A DNA stretch of 62,239 nt, counting the filler, from Aduncisulcus paluster (lineage: Eukaryota), in the NCBI GenBank assembly GCA_024181965.1. It is 7 parts of 7 records of this genome, joined end to end, with 100 filler letters (N's around TTAATTAATTAA, not from the genome) between each part and the next. Parts side by side here need not be neighbours in the genome. Positions count along the whole stretch, not along the records: positions 15,304 to 25,784 come from BQXS01011149.1; positions 25,885 to 32,799 come from BQXS01011150.1; positions 32,900 to 40,842 come from BQXS01011152.1; 4 more parts are not named here. The stretch is one strand, 5' to 3'. Numbering within the stretch: the first letter of the stretch is position 1; the number at the start of each line of letters is the position of its first letter. The position numbers were made by a program, and so were the translations under genes. Below are positions 24,596 through 35,189 of this stretch, piece by piece. Under the pieces are notes generated by a model. It was not told where the DNA came from. It was given only the letters and a program-made list of their open reading frames with translations, and made no database searches.

Positions 24596-24668
24596 AGGTT
24601 TTGCTGGGATTCGAACCCAGGTTATCGGAATCAGAACCCGAGGTGATAACCAGCTACACTACAAAACC
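24596..24668 (-). tRNA. tRNA-Gln(CTG)
   Basis: GGTTTTG acceptor stem, anticodon arm TCGGG-TT CTG AT-TCCGA, GGTTCGAATCC T-arm, followed by an oligo-T Pol III terminator. Confidence 0.96.
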
Positions 24669-24813
24669 ATAATCGAAAGATTCGATAAAATATATAAATA
24701 AATTCAGAAATTTTTGAATTTTTGGTTGTTCTGACCTTAATGAGCTTTTATTTTTCACTATCGATGGCATGGTGAGTCAGTATTCGTACGGATTTATTTC
24801 ACTATGAATTTAT

Positions 24814-25784
24814 TTACTTTATCATAGAATTGTTGGATACAACTTTCATGTCGACAACAGATTCATCCAAGACCCTAAGAGGGGAAAACATGTGTCCAAC
24901 TCTTTCAAAAGATAGGCCCAAAATAATATCCTCTTCAGGTATTTCTCCCTCACATATGCATTCACAAACACCTTCAACACTCTCTCCAAAGCACTTCCAG
25001 ATCCATTTGTCCTTTGTCAGTGTAACTGATCCAATTTCAGCTTCACTTTGAATAACATGGATCTCAGGCATCGTGAATTCCAGCCAATCAACATCAGCAT
25101 CTCCTTTTTCCACCTCAAGAGTAATACTAGTTCGATTATTCGCAATTGAACTCCAAACAGATACAAAAATGGGAACATATTCGGATGATACTGAAGAAGT
25201 TTGCATGATTTTATACCTTAATAAGGGTTCTAAAATGCTTTGGCTTTCTGAATCTTGTTGTACTGTTCCTTTTCCTTTTTGTTTCTTTGCTTTCCTTCCC
25301 TTCTTTTTCCCTTTAATTTCTATTTTCGGAGATGAGCTGTATTCACCTTTTCGAGTGAGAACTCCTGTTTCTAAGAGAAGTTTTCTATCCACATGAGGGT
25401 GTGTTCTTATCATATAGTCCTTCCATTCATCCTCTCTATCCTTCTCACTCACATTGAGGCGGACAGACATGCCAGATGGGAGCAACACATTTCCACTCAC
25501 TTCACACATGCTTGAGGTGCCATCTTTTCGCAGAAGAAGATGAATTCGCTCAATAATCGATATATTTCCACTGCTATACTTCACATCTCGGACATCAGAA
25601 GGAGGGATCATCGCTGAAGGTAAAGATGTGGTTAAATGAACATCTAATTGATCTTTATCGGCATATTCTATCGGTATATCATCCTTTTTATGTTGGATAG
25701 AGGGAGAAACGGTCTCCATTTCTACTTTCATGGATTGAATATGTTTATCGGCACTCTTTTTGGTTAATTTCATCGCATTTGGGA
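24814..25784 (-). CDS. ARCN1: Coatomer subunit delta, C-terminal mu-homology domain (5' partial)
   Basis: AMKLTKK linker, IIERI…KDG…EVSG, RTHPHVDRK, LLRYK, PIFVSVWSS; frame open to the linker. Confidence 0.75.
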
Positions 25785-25884
25785 NNNNNNNNNNNNNNNN
25801 NNNNNNNNNNNNNNNNNNNNNNNNNNNNTTAATTAATTAANNNNNNNNNNNNNNNNNNNNNNNNNNNNNNNNNNNNNNNNNNNN

Positions 25885-26199
25885 CTCTTCTTCTCCTGAT
25901 GACACTATAATTGTAAGTCTTATTGAGAAATTACAACTTCCAAGTTTCGGACGCCGCTTACTTGTATCATAAATCCCCGCAACGGCACAAGTCGTACATT
26001 CAACAATAATACAGCGGGCAGTGCGTCGACAAACGAGATTTACCTTATATTTATGGGTGATTGATGTTAAAAGTTTCGTCAAATCAGACTTATAGAGAGG
26101 GATTTCTGGGTGAGTGTGCACTTGATCTAGAAGTTCATCATCTATGGTTTCTCCAGGAGTTAAGAATATTTTTGGGACGTAAACTTGCTTTCCTGGCAT
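25885..26199 (-). mobile_element. Possible MULE/FAR1 (WRKY-GCM-like) transposase N-terminus, 3' partial
   Basis: IVECTTC…SKRRPKLGSCNFSIRL resembles the FAR1/MULE zinc-binding domain. Confidence 0.4.
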
Positions 26200-26564
26200 A
26201 AGATGGATGGAAATAATGTTGTGATTTTCGAAGAAAAATAGAATTGTGAAAAAAAGTTAGCCGTGCAGGTAAAAGCTAATCAGGGCAAAATAATGATAAA
26301 TTAAAAACAATTTACAATACAATTTCATCTTTTAGCATTAATTCATGGCTTTATATTATTTTTGAAGTTCAAGTTCAGCACAAGTCAGTGTATTTTTTAT
26401 GTCTAAATGGTGGAAGATTAAAATGAAAGAAATAATTTAAGTATTTTATTAGTCTTACCCTAAAAGTATTTTTTTCTATTTTTATAGTCGGTCTTAGAAA
26501 TCACCGGCGCAGATGATAATCTGCTTGGTGATTTCAAAACTCATCCTTTTGCATGCAGAACAGA

Positions 26565-26749
26565 TGAATCATGATGAAGTGGTAATGGATATTGTCATTG
26601 CGTATGGAAAAAGATCATATTCATCCCGTAAAATCTCTAAAATTCTTGATATTCCCTCTCGTTAGATATTTCTGGGAGAACAACTGTAAAATAGAAATAT
26701 CTATTCCAAGGAGATCAGCAGTTTTTTGAACTATTTTTGGGTCACTGTA
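26565..26749 (+). mobile_element. Deleted IS630-Tc1-mariner remnant with one terminal inverted repeat
   Basis: Encodes the HTH fragment SYSSRKISKILDIP and ends GAACTATTTTTGGGTCACTG|TA, a Tc1-type CAGTG end plus TA. Confidence 0.55.
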
Positions 26750-26765
26750 ACCATTTTGAATCTTG

Positions 26766-27240
26766 TTACATACATAATTCTTCGTTTTTTTTGACGGACA
26801 TAACCTTTGAAAGGTCCACAGCTATTTCTTCTACTATTTTGTTCCACAGCTCTCTCACCCGTTCTGTAGATGTCACATCATGAATTAGCGATTTAAGGTG
26901 GAAGGATACCTCATCAATACATAATACATTATGCGCAAAAGCAGGTGTTAAAGCACGTGTCCTGAGCCTAATACCCGCAGTTTCCCAGTTTAAATTCCTC
27001 CGACTTCTCGAAGGACGGATCCAAGAAAAACCCAATTTCTTCATATTGACAGATACGGCTGGTTTTGAGCACGAAAGAAGTTCAGCGTCAGTGTTTCAAT
27101 TTTCCAGTAGGATTACTCTGAATTACTTCAGGTAACTTCTCTCTAATGGCTGAATGTTTTTTTCTCAACGGTTTCCCGTCCTTTAGCCAGTCACGAATTG
27201 TTGAACGGGGAATATCAAGAATTTTGGAGATTTTACGGGT
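26766..27240 (-). mobile_element. Degenerate IS630-Tc1-mariner transposase fragment
   Basis: HTH RKISKILDIPRSTIRDWLK, then after a frame break CSKPAVSVNMKKLGFSW and the first catalytic motif VLCIDEVSF. Confidence 0.75.
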
Positions 27241-27320
27241 CAACTACCCCAAGACAACATTGATTTAAGCTTAAAAAAAAAATTAATTAAAAAAAAGATT
27301 TACTAAAACAATCAAAAACT

Positions 27321-29633
27321 TCATTTTGGAACCATTTGTGAGGCTCTCCTCAGCATTTTCTCTCTCTGCACGAATTCCTTTCTTTCTTGCTTTAGTTTAT
27401 CACTTTCGGCTAAAATATCCTGGATTGCAAGCGAATATGCGGAAGTGAATCCCTTGAAGATGAAGAATAGAACCCCGAATACAAGGGAGATAATTCCAAG
27501 AATGATTGGACTTACGATAAAGTGGAATAAGCCATTAAGAGAAAGGGTTGTCTCAGCGATTGTTCCATCGTCTTGCAACTGTTTTGTCGGTATTCCAACA
27601 CTCACAATGTCCATATAATCATAGAGAGTCTGAGTATATCCAACTCCAGCATGAGGACCGCATGTAGTCGAAACGGACAAGGAATAAGCCATTGGAATAA
27701 GCATAATGAGAAATACAACCGAAAATAGAACTGAGAAGAATCTGTTCATTGATGAAGCTCCCCACGGCTTATCCTCTCGGCGACAAAAATGCATAATCTC
27801 AATCTTCTTGATATAAAACACAACAAAATTGACAAGAACTATCTCAATAGAAATCCCAGGAGAGAAAACAACGCCGAGGGAACTTAACACATAAGTGTAA
27901 ATAATTTGTACGGCTAAAACCGACACTCTAAACGGATACTTCGGTAGACAACCAGTTGCGACAAGTAGAAGTGGAAGTCCGAGTGATATGAACATTTGAA
28001 CGAACATATCGACAATAATAAGCTGCCATAACTGGGAACCAATGAGATTTGTGGAGCAGAATCTATATTTAACAGAGTTTTCTTCAGACATGTCGGTACC
28101 ATCAAGCGTTGTCTTGAGGTCAACGAGCACAGTGAACATGTTGACAAGTTTAATCAACAGAGAGAAGAGAACTTCGTGGATCATTCGCGTGGAGTTGAAC
28201 TCAAGCAGTTCGACGTTGGCCACAATCATCCGAACAATAATGGGCGTCACAGCATTCATGAGAGTAATGACATACGGGATGATCGAGGGAGATATCCACG
28301 ATTCATCAGAGGCAGCGCTTTGCTGGAGGTAGATGATAGCAACGGTAAAACCCACGGTAACACCAGAGATAAGCAAAATACCCAAAAAGTTCCTCAAGGC
28401 TTTCGCAATCTTGTATTTTTTACCTCCACGTAATTTCATCTCGCACAAACGAAGCTCTTTGGCTTGTTCTTGGAATTGACTATTGAGTTGCGTATGTTTG
28501 GACAGGGCACCATCTGGAGAAGTTTGCCGGAAATCCCATCCACCCAAAACAATCTTACTTAGACCTGCATCCAATCTGACTTGTTTCTTCTTTTCTTTGC
28601 GTCCTAATGGGATTCCTTTCTTCCTTCCTAACTTTATGAGGCTATTAAATCCATCGACTTTGAAAGAATTTGCAATACCATAGATACAAACAAGGAAGGC
28701 AACAATAATCATAATATATACAACGATAACAAGGGCCAAATCCATTTTATAGGACTTTCCAGCAAGAGATCCCAGCGGAAGTCCATGGGCTCTAATAGGG
28801 AAAGTATACGATTGTCGGTATGCTGCATAAAATGAAGAAGTATCAAGAATAGCCCCTTGGGGAGAAACTAAAGAAAAGATTCCACTCTGAACAAGAGCAG
28901 TGACGAGAAGAGGGAAAGAATTAGTAAAAAAAGCTGGAATAAATACAAAAGCGATATACAAGAGAGCAGTAAAAATATTAATAGTAAATATAGTTCGAAA
29001 GAATCTAAATGCTGCTCCTTCACCAGATCCAAAGCGAGCTTCAATTTCGTGGATACTGTCACTGAAAAATACATCATGCGATGTGTTTCTCCCTGCAGAT
29101 TGGGCCATATTCTTAATATCAGAAAATGTTTTAGCGAGCCAGGCCTGCAGCTCGTGGCGACCTTGAGTTAATGCTCGTTGATCTTTGTGTAATTGCTGAT
29201 TCAGGGCTATATGAGGATTGACAGCTCTAATCAAGTACTGAAGTTGGTGAGTGAAAACTCTTGGATTGTTTGGATGGAATCTCAGGGGTTTTTGCTCACA
29301 TTCAGAAACAACTGTCTTACAACGAGCACAGAATGAAACACGATTCTGCTCAACGGTCCTTTTCAAAGTTTGACGATCTCTTGCTGAATTAAGAGGTCTA
29401 CCAGTTAGAAGAGTACACTTTTTAATATCAGGCATATTAATTGATGTCATTTGTGCAGTAGGATCGACTTTCGGAATCAAAGCACTAGCAGTGGATTGTT
29501 CAGATATTTCATCATAAACACTTACAGATGGACGACGAACAACAGAATTTGATGTGGAATCGCTTGAATCTTCAATCACTTGAATTTTAGGAATAGCGAT
29601 TGAACTGGAAGGAGGGGTAAGATGCATTTGCAT
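27321..29633 (-). CDS. TMC: Transmembrane channel-like (TMC) protein
   Basis: IHEIEARFGSGEGAAFRFFR..F.IN, SKIVLGGWDF, C..NLIGSQLWQLIIVD, FYIKK, W.ASSMNRFF, S.TCGP; multiple TM segments. Confidence 0.88.
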   Translation of the reverse strand: MQMHLTPPSSSIAIPKIQVIEDSSDSTSNSVVRRPSVSVYDEISEQSTASALIPKVDPTAQMTSINMPDIKKCTLLTGRPLNSARDRQTLKRTVEQNRVSFCARCKTVVSECEQKPLRFHPNNPRVFTHQLQYLIRAVNPHIALNQQLHKDQRALTQGRHELQAWLAKTFSDIKNMAQSAGRNTSHDVFFSDSIHEIEARFGSGEGAAFRFFRTIFTINIFTALLYIAFVFIPAFFTNSFPLLVTALVQSGIFSLVSPQGAILDTSSFYAAYRQSYTFPIRAHGLPLGSLAGKSYKMDLALVIVVYIMIIVAFLVCIYGIANSFKVDGFNSLIKLGRKKGIPLGRKEKKKQVRLDAGLSKIVLGGWDFRQTSPDGALSKHTQLNSQFQEQAKELRLCEMKLRGGKKYKIAKALRNFLGILLISGVTVGFTVAIIYLQQSAASDESWISPSIIPYVITLMNAVTPIIVRMIVANVELLEFNSTRMIHEVLFSLLIKLVNMFTVLVDLKTTLDGTDMSEENSVKYRFCSTNLIGSQLWQLIIVDMFVQMFISLGLPLLLVATGCLPKYPFRVSVLAVQIIYTYVLSSLGVVFSPGISIEIVLVNFVVFYIKKIEIMHFCRREDKPWGASSMNRFFSVLFSVVFLIMLIPMAYSLSVSTTCGPHAGVGYTQTLYDYMDIVSVGIPTKQLQDDGTIAETTLSLNGLFHFIVSPIILGIISLVFGVLFFIFKGFTSAYSLAIQDILAESDKLKQERKEFVQREKMLRRASQMVPK

Positions 29634-29968
29634 AATATTACACAATTATATAGATAGATATATACTGTTGGAGGGTTAAAAAATAAAAAAATAAAACTAC
29701 TAATTCCTATTTTAATGCAAAGACATACAAAACAATGAAATTCATTTTACGAGAGTAACCAGACATAAAACACCACAAATACACGTAAAAAAGATTTATT
29801 ATTGGGGTATATTAATATTTATGAATATTATCTTGGTAAACAACATGATTCTAATCCAAAAGCCGAAAAATCGGAGTGGAAGTTCAGTTTATCTCGATCC
29901 GTCCAACATAAGAATCGAAATCATGTGGAATATTTCATATAAAAGCTTTTACATGTGGAAACTTTTGA

Positions 29969-32798
29969 TTATTTTCTTTTTGTCCAGCTCTTTTTTAAAT
30001 CCAGCCAGAATTCCCTTTCTTTCTCTTTAACAATGTGATCATCCTTTTGATAGTATCCCATGGATTTCTCGACGAATAACTTCTCTTTTAGGCTACTTTG
30101 CCTGTCAAAACGGACGATATGACCGCTATCCAGACCACAAACCAATACATTTCCATCAATTGAGAAAGATACGGATCTAACTGACATATTTAACTCCTCG
30201 TCGTCCTCAATTATCCTTTTGGTCTTTCCGTTGGCCTTTTCTGCCTCTTGTGTAAGGACTGTTCGTTTAACGTGGATCTCTTTTGCAGCTACATCATCCG
30301 AATCTGTGCTTGGTTCATCATCGCCTAATGAAGCGAGACGAGCCATTTCTTTTCTTATTCGGTCTTTATCCCGTTGAACACTCCTGCGATCCATCTCGGC
30401 TCGCTCTTCAGGAGCCATGCAATCTAATTTTAGAACACGGATACTGAACATGTCAGCTTTATCAACTTCATCTGGCGGAACGTATTCTTCATCGTCACTG
30501 GTTATAGCATCACTTTCTTCTTCTTCACTCTTTTTCCGGCAATGTTGATGGGGATGTTGCTCTGGTTGTTGCTCGGAGATCAACTGGGCTGGAACGGTAC
30601 TCTCATAGCTTTTTCCGGCAATGTCTTGATGATGATCATCATCATATGTCGTTGGAGTGGGTGGGACATGATGTTGTGATATTGCCGTTTTATCTTTCTT
30701 TTCTTGCTTTTTACGTTTCATAAGAGCTCCGGCGGACCATAGATCATAAAGTGTTATCATACCTTTCACGTCGCCGGCAGCCATTAGGCCATCACGATGA
30801 TTCACATCAGTTCTGAGCCAGTATGTTTTGTTAGTGTTTTTGTGGCATATTCGAAGGAAATCGGAGGTGAAGAAACGTTTTAATTCTCCGTTAACGACAT
30901 CGAGACCATCTGTATTGCTTGAAGATAACATTGAGGAGAACTTCTTTCCCTTCCCACCTTCACAAAGACCCCAGACAGAGATCATAGAGGAAACAGCAGT
31001 GCGGGTGACAATGCAACCGCCAATACGGACACAGGAATCAACGAAATTGTCAAAGGATTTGAAATTGGTGAGTAAAGGACTGCTGATGATAATGGGACGA
31101 AGTGTCTTTACAATGTTAGGAACAGTTCTGGATGCAGCATACTCTCTGCGGGCTGCTGCAGATTGAGATCCAATGTCATACGCCTCACAGAATCGCATCC
31201 AAACGTCAGAGATATCCCACACCTTGCAGGAGTTGTCCATGCTACATGTTACAAGGTTCCAACTTCTCGGTTGTGGCCGAATAATTGACCGGCTGGATTT
31301 CTTGCACCGAATTGGTTTTGCCGTGGGTTTACAGACCTTAGCTATTGGATTGACCGGGATTTGGGTGAACAATTCCATTGATTCTTTATCAACAGGGAGA
31401 GGGGAGGAGGAGGAAGGAGAAGAAGGTGGAGATGATGAGTGGTACATCATGGATGGATCATCACAACGAAATGGATTACTATGACTATTTATAGATTTTT
31501 GAGAAGGAGATTGAGGAGGTGATTGGAATGAGGCTGCGGGATTGATCAAGTCCTTTTTAAATTCTGATGATTTGGATATGATCGTGCCATCTCTTTCCAA
31601 TGATGGTTTCAGCATCAATATCGAGTCTTTGGACTGAGACTTGCCTTTCTTCCTTAGAATATCTTTCTTTCTTTGCGCATCTTCGATCACTGATGAAATC
31701 TTATCATATGTTGACCTGTTCTTCACATACCCTGCCATTTCTGGACATGGGAGCCAGCAAAGGTCAAGAACATGCTGTCTGTGTCCATCAATACCCTGAA
31801 GAATGGCAACACAATGACCTGTATCGGTGTTCCAGAGTCTAGCGCTGAAATCAGAACTTACTGATGCTAATAGAGCCCTTTCCTCTGGGTGAAACTCAAG
31901 AGAATTCACATCTTGCCCGTGACCAATGCATACCTGTATTGTTTTCCTCTGTGTGAGTGACACAATATGGATAGCCTTGTCACTGCCTCCAACAGCAATA
32001 ATAGGGGTGTGAGCTATCACCTTGGAGGGGGAAAGACGTTTTTTAATCGAGAGATCTTTCTTTTTGGCATCTGACAGCGTCATTTCCTCTGGTTTGGTAC
32101 TCCAAGCAAGGGAATATAATTCATGCTGAACGGGGAGATGACGTTGTGAACGGGTGGAAGTGAACAATTTCGCTTCGATTGAAGTCATTTGTGAACATTT
32201 ATGGGGGGATTCGGTATCTTCTTGATGACCGGTTGGGAGAGGAAGAGGAAGAGGTTTTTCATCCTTCTTGGGGGGGTGAGTAGGCAGGACGAGTTGGGAT
32301 TGTGGGGGAGGTATTGTGGGTGGGAATAGAGGAATATCTTGTATCGTTGGTAGAGATGAAGGATTTAGAGATATTGTTGGATGAGATTTGTCTATTTTTG
32401 GATTAGGATGAGTAACATCGATTGATGAGGAGGGTGGGGCAGGAATAGTTTTGAAAGATGATAAATTGTCAACATTTGGGGGGTTTTGTGTTGATATTTG
32501 AATTGGATTTGCCGGTTTAGAGGATTGTTGGGGATGACCAGAATCCACATCATCAATTTCCCAAATTTCAGTCGTTTTCTTTGTGTGCCGATCTGACTCA
32601 GATTCAGACAGTTCAATAAGTTCGTCAAGATCTTTGGTTGATGGTGGTTTCCCCTTTGGGGCTTCTTTTTCAACAACAGGTAACTTAGGTGGATTTAGAC
32701 TGGAAGAAATTTTATCACTGGCATTTTGCACCGATACACATTCAGCAGGTGTGTCGTATCGTATTGATTTGACAACAAATGAAATTATTGGAATTGTA
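29969..32798 (-). CDS. EED: EED/ESC/FIE-like WD40 protein (PRC2 subunit) with long insertions, 5' partial
   Basis: LYSLAWS, IGHGQDVNSLEFHP…LLASVSSDFSARLWN..TG.CVAILQGIDGHRQHVL, TCSMDNSCKVW, NFVDSC, VRSVSFSIDGNVLV; frame open to the linker. Confidence 0.85.
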
Positions 32799-32899
32799 TN
32801 NNNNNNNNNNNNNNNNNNNNNNNNNNNNNNNNNNNNNNNNNNNTTAATTAATTAANNNNNNNNNNNNNNNNNNNNNNNNNNNNNNNNNNNNNNNNNNNN

Positions 32900-33225
32900 C
32901 TTTCACGGTAATCAGTAAACTGATGCTGAATACGATTTTTGGCCGTTCTTTCTTCATCTAAAGTTCTTGTAAGCTCTTCCATTCTCCGAGTTTGATCCAC
33001 AATAACGGAACGCTGACTTGAAAAGGCATTTTCAATTCGTTTAGCACTTGACATATGGCCTGGAGATAATGATTGCATATCGCTGTGTCTAAAGTGATCA
33101 GATGGTGATGAAATACCAAGTACAGGTGAATGAAGGGTTGAAGTTCGATCAAATAATTCGGGCCCAGCTGTATCAGCAATGGGCATGGGAGAAGTGACAA
33201 TATCTTCTCTAGAGGCTGATCCCAT
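32900..33225 (-). CDS. Hypothetical coiled-coil protein, 3' partial, start uncertain
   Basis: MGSASRED…RMEELTRTLDEERTAKNRIQ runs into the linker. Confidence 0.5.
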
Positions 33226-33772
33226 TGAAACTACAGGGGGCTTAGGTTCCGGAGATATGTGTTGTGATCTCTCCTTTCGGCTTTTAATGATATTTAGAAC
33301 GTCTTTGGACTTCTTTTTAATTCTCTTGGGATTCTTGAAATTCAACAATATTAGGAAAAGAAATTGATTAAAATTGTGACATAAAAATAAATTATAATAT
33401 TCAACGTACTGTTGAGTCCATTGTGGAAGCAAGATTAGAAATGATTCTTGTTGGGTGATAGGATCATTTAAAAACGAACTAATTGTATCCAATGAAATAT
33501 ATCTTGAATTAAATCGATAATTTTGAAAATATTATTTATTCTTTGAAGTAAAAAAAAATGGCATGAATTTCCTTTCCATTTTTGGATTTTGCTAGAGGTA
33601 TAAATAGTGCGTTAAAAAAATTGTTAAATGCGCCCAATAAATTAAAAAACCATAAATAAATCAAAAATTTTGGTTTGTATGCAAAATAAGGTGATGGCAC
33701 CCGTGGGGCAAAATTCTGAATTGAAATTTTTCTCTTTTCGTTACCGACAGATTCTCCATCAGAAAGATTAAG

Positions 33773-34696
33773 ATGTTTTCAGTTCTTGGTGAGCGTAAAC
33801 AAACTTCAGAAAATGCTGTATACCGTCTTCATGGCTTAAAGAAAAAACCCGCCGAAATTTCGATGATGCCTTCGACTGAACCCACTGAGACCATCGAAGA
33901 CATTGATTTTGTGGATAAAGATAATCCTCAAGCTGTTCCTGAATATGTAAAGGAAATTTATGCCTATCTTTTGGAGCAGGAAACGCGCTATGCCGCTCCT
34001 GCCGATTATCTCGATCACCAACCTGCTTTAACCCATAAAATGAGGAGTGTACTCGTTGATTGGATATCAGAGGTTCATACCAGGCTGAAACTTGCCAATG
34101 AATCTTTCTTCCACGCGGTCACCATCGTTGATCGTTTCCTTGCTGTTAAAAAGGTTGCTAAAAAGTCTTTGCAACTTGTGGGAATAGCCAGTTTACTTAT
34201 TGCCTCTAAATTTGAGGAGAGTTACACCCCTTCTGTTAAAGATTTCGTTTATATGGGAGGTGAAGATTCATATTCCCGTGCCGAACTCCTTGACATGGAA
34301 AGAGTTATCCTCAACACCCTCCAATTTACTCTTTCTAACCCCACTGCTATTACTTTCCTCAGAAGGTTCGCTCGTGTGGGTTCTATGTCCAACCGTGACA
34401 GATATCTTGCCTTTTTCTTGGCTGAGCTCTGTCAAATCGAGTACAAGATGCTCAGATACAAGCCTTCGGAAGTTGCTGCCACCTGTGTGTATTATTCCCA
34501 TAAGCTTACCCACGCCAGACATCCTTGGACTGCTACTCTTCAGCATTACTGTGGTTATACCGAATCAGATCTTACTGAATGTGTTGGCCATCTTGAAAAC
34601 CTCATTGTAAAGTATAACGCCTGCAAACTTGCGGCTATGGATAAGAAATACAGCAAAGTAAGGTATTACCGCGTTGCTAGCATCATTAAGAAATAA
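33773..34696 (+). CDS. Mitotic B-type cyclin
   Basis: DKDNPQAVPEYVKEIYAYL, MRSVLVDWI.EVH, LQLVGIASLLIASKFEE, PTAITFLRRF. Confidence 0.95.
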   Translation: MFSVLGERKQTSENAVYRLHGLKKKPAEISMMPSTEPTETIEDIDFVDKDNPQAVPEYVKEIYAYLLEQETRYAAPADYLDHQPALTHKMRSVLVDWISEVHTRLKLANESFFHAVTIVDRFLAVKKVAKKSLQLVGIASLLIASKFEESYTPSVKDFVYMGGEDSYSRAELLDMERVILNTLQFTLSNPTAITFLRRFARVGSMSNRDRYLAFFLAELCQIEYKMLRYKPSEVAATCVYYSHKLTHARHPWTATLQHYCGYTESDLTECVGHLENLIVKYNACKLAAMDKKYSKVRYYRVASIIKK

Positions 34697-35189
34697 TTTT
34701 GAAGGAAACAAGGGTCTCAAGTGGATACTCGGATCAATCTTTTATTTTAATTTGTTTGTTTGAGAATTATTTTTTATTTTTCTTATTTTTTTATTTTTTT
34801 CTTGTGTTCAAAATTCTAAGTTCATTTAATTGATTTTTTTCGAGATGTTTTTGGATTTTTTTGTCAAATCTCCGAAATATCCTTGATTTGGATTAATTAT
34901 TCCCTTTTATTGTTCACTTCGTGCTAATTGATACTTAAATTTGCATTATTCTTGAATTATTGAAGGGTCGCAAGGCGTGGACAAGTGTATTGTTTTGCGT
35001 CATTCTCCCTTCAAGTAATGATTGGATATGTTAATAAAATATATATAAAAAGAAATTGATGATTGGAATGTCGTTGATTTTTATTGACTGAATTAAAAAT
35101 AGACGCAAATGTCAAAAAATAGAAAAATGTATCTAAACCCGAAATTAGATTTCAACCCAAATTCTTTTCGATGTCATTAATAATTATTT

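Noticed and set aside
24596-24668. tRNA-Gln as a sign of UAR-to-Gln recoding (as in hexamitid diplomonads)
   Set aside because: The anticodon is standard CTG, and conserved genes here end properly at TAA/TAG.
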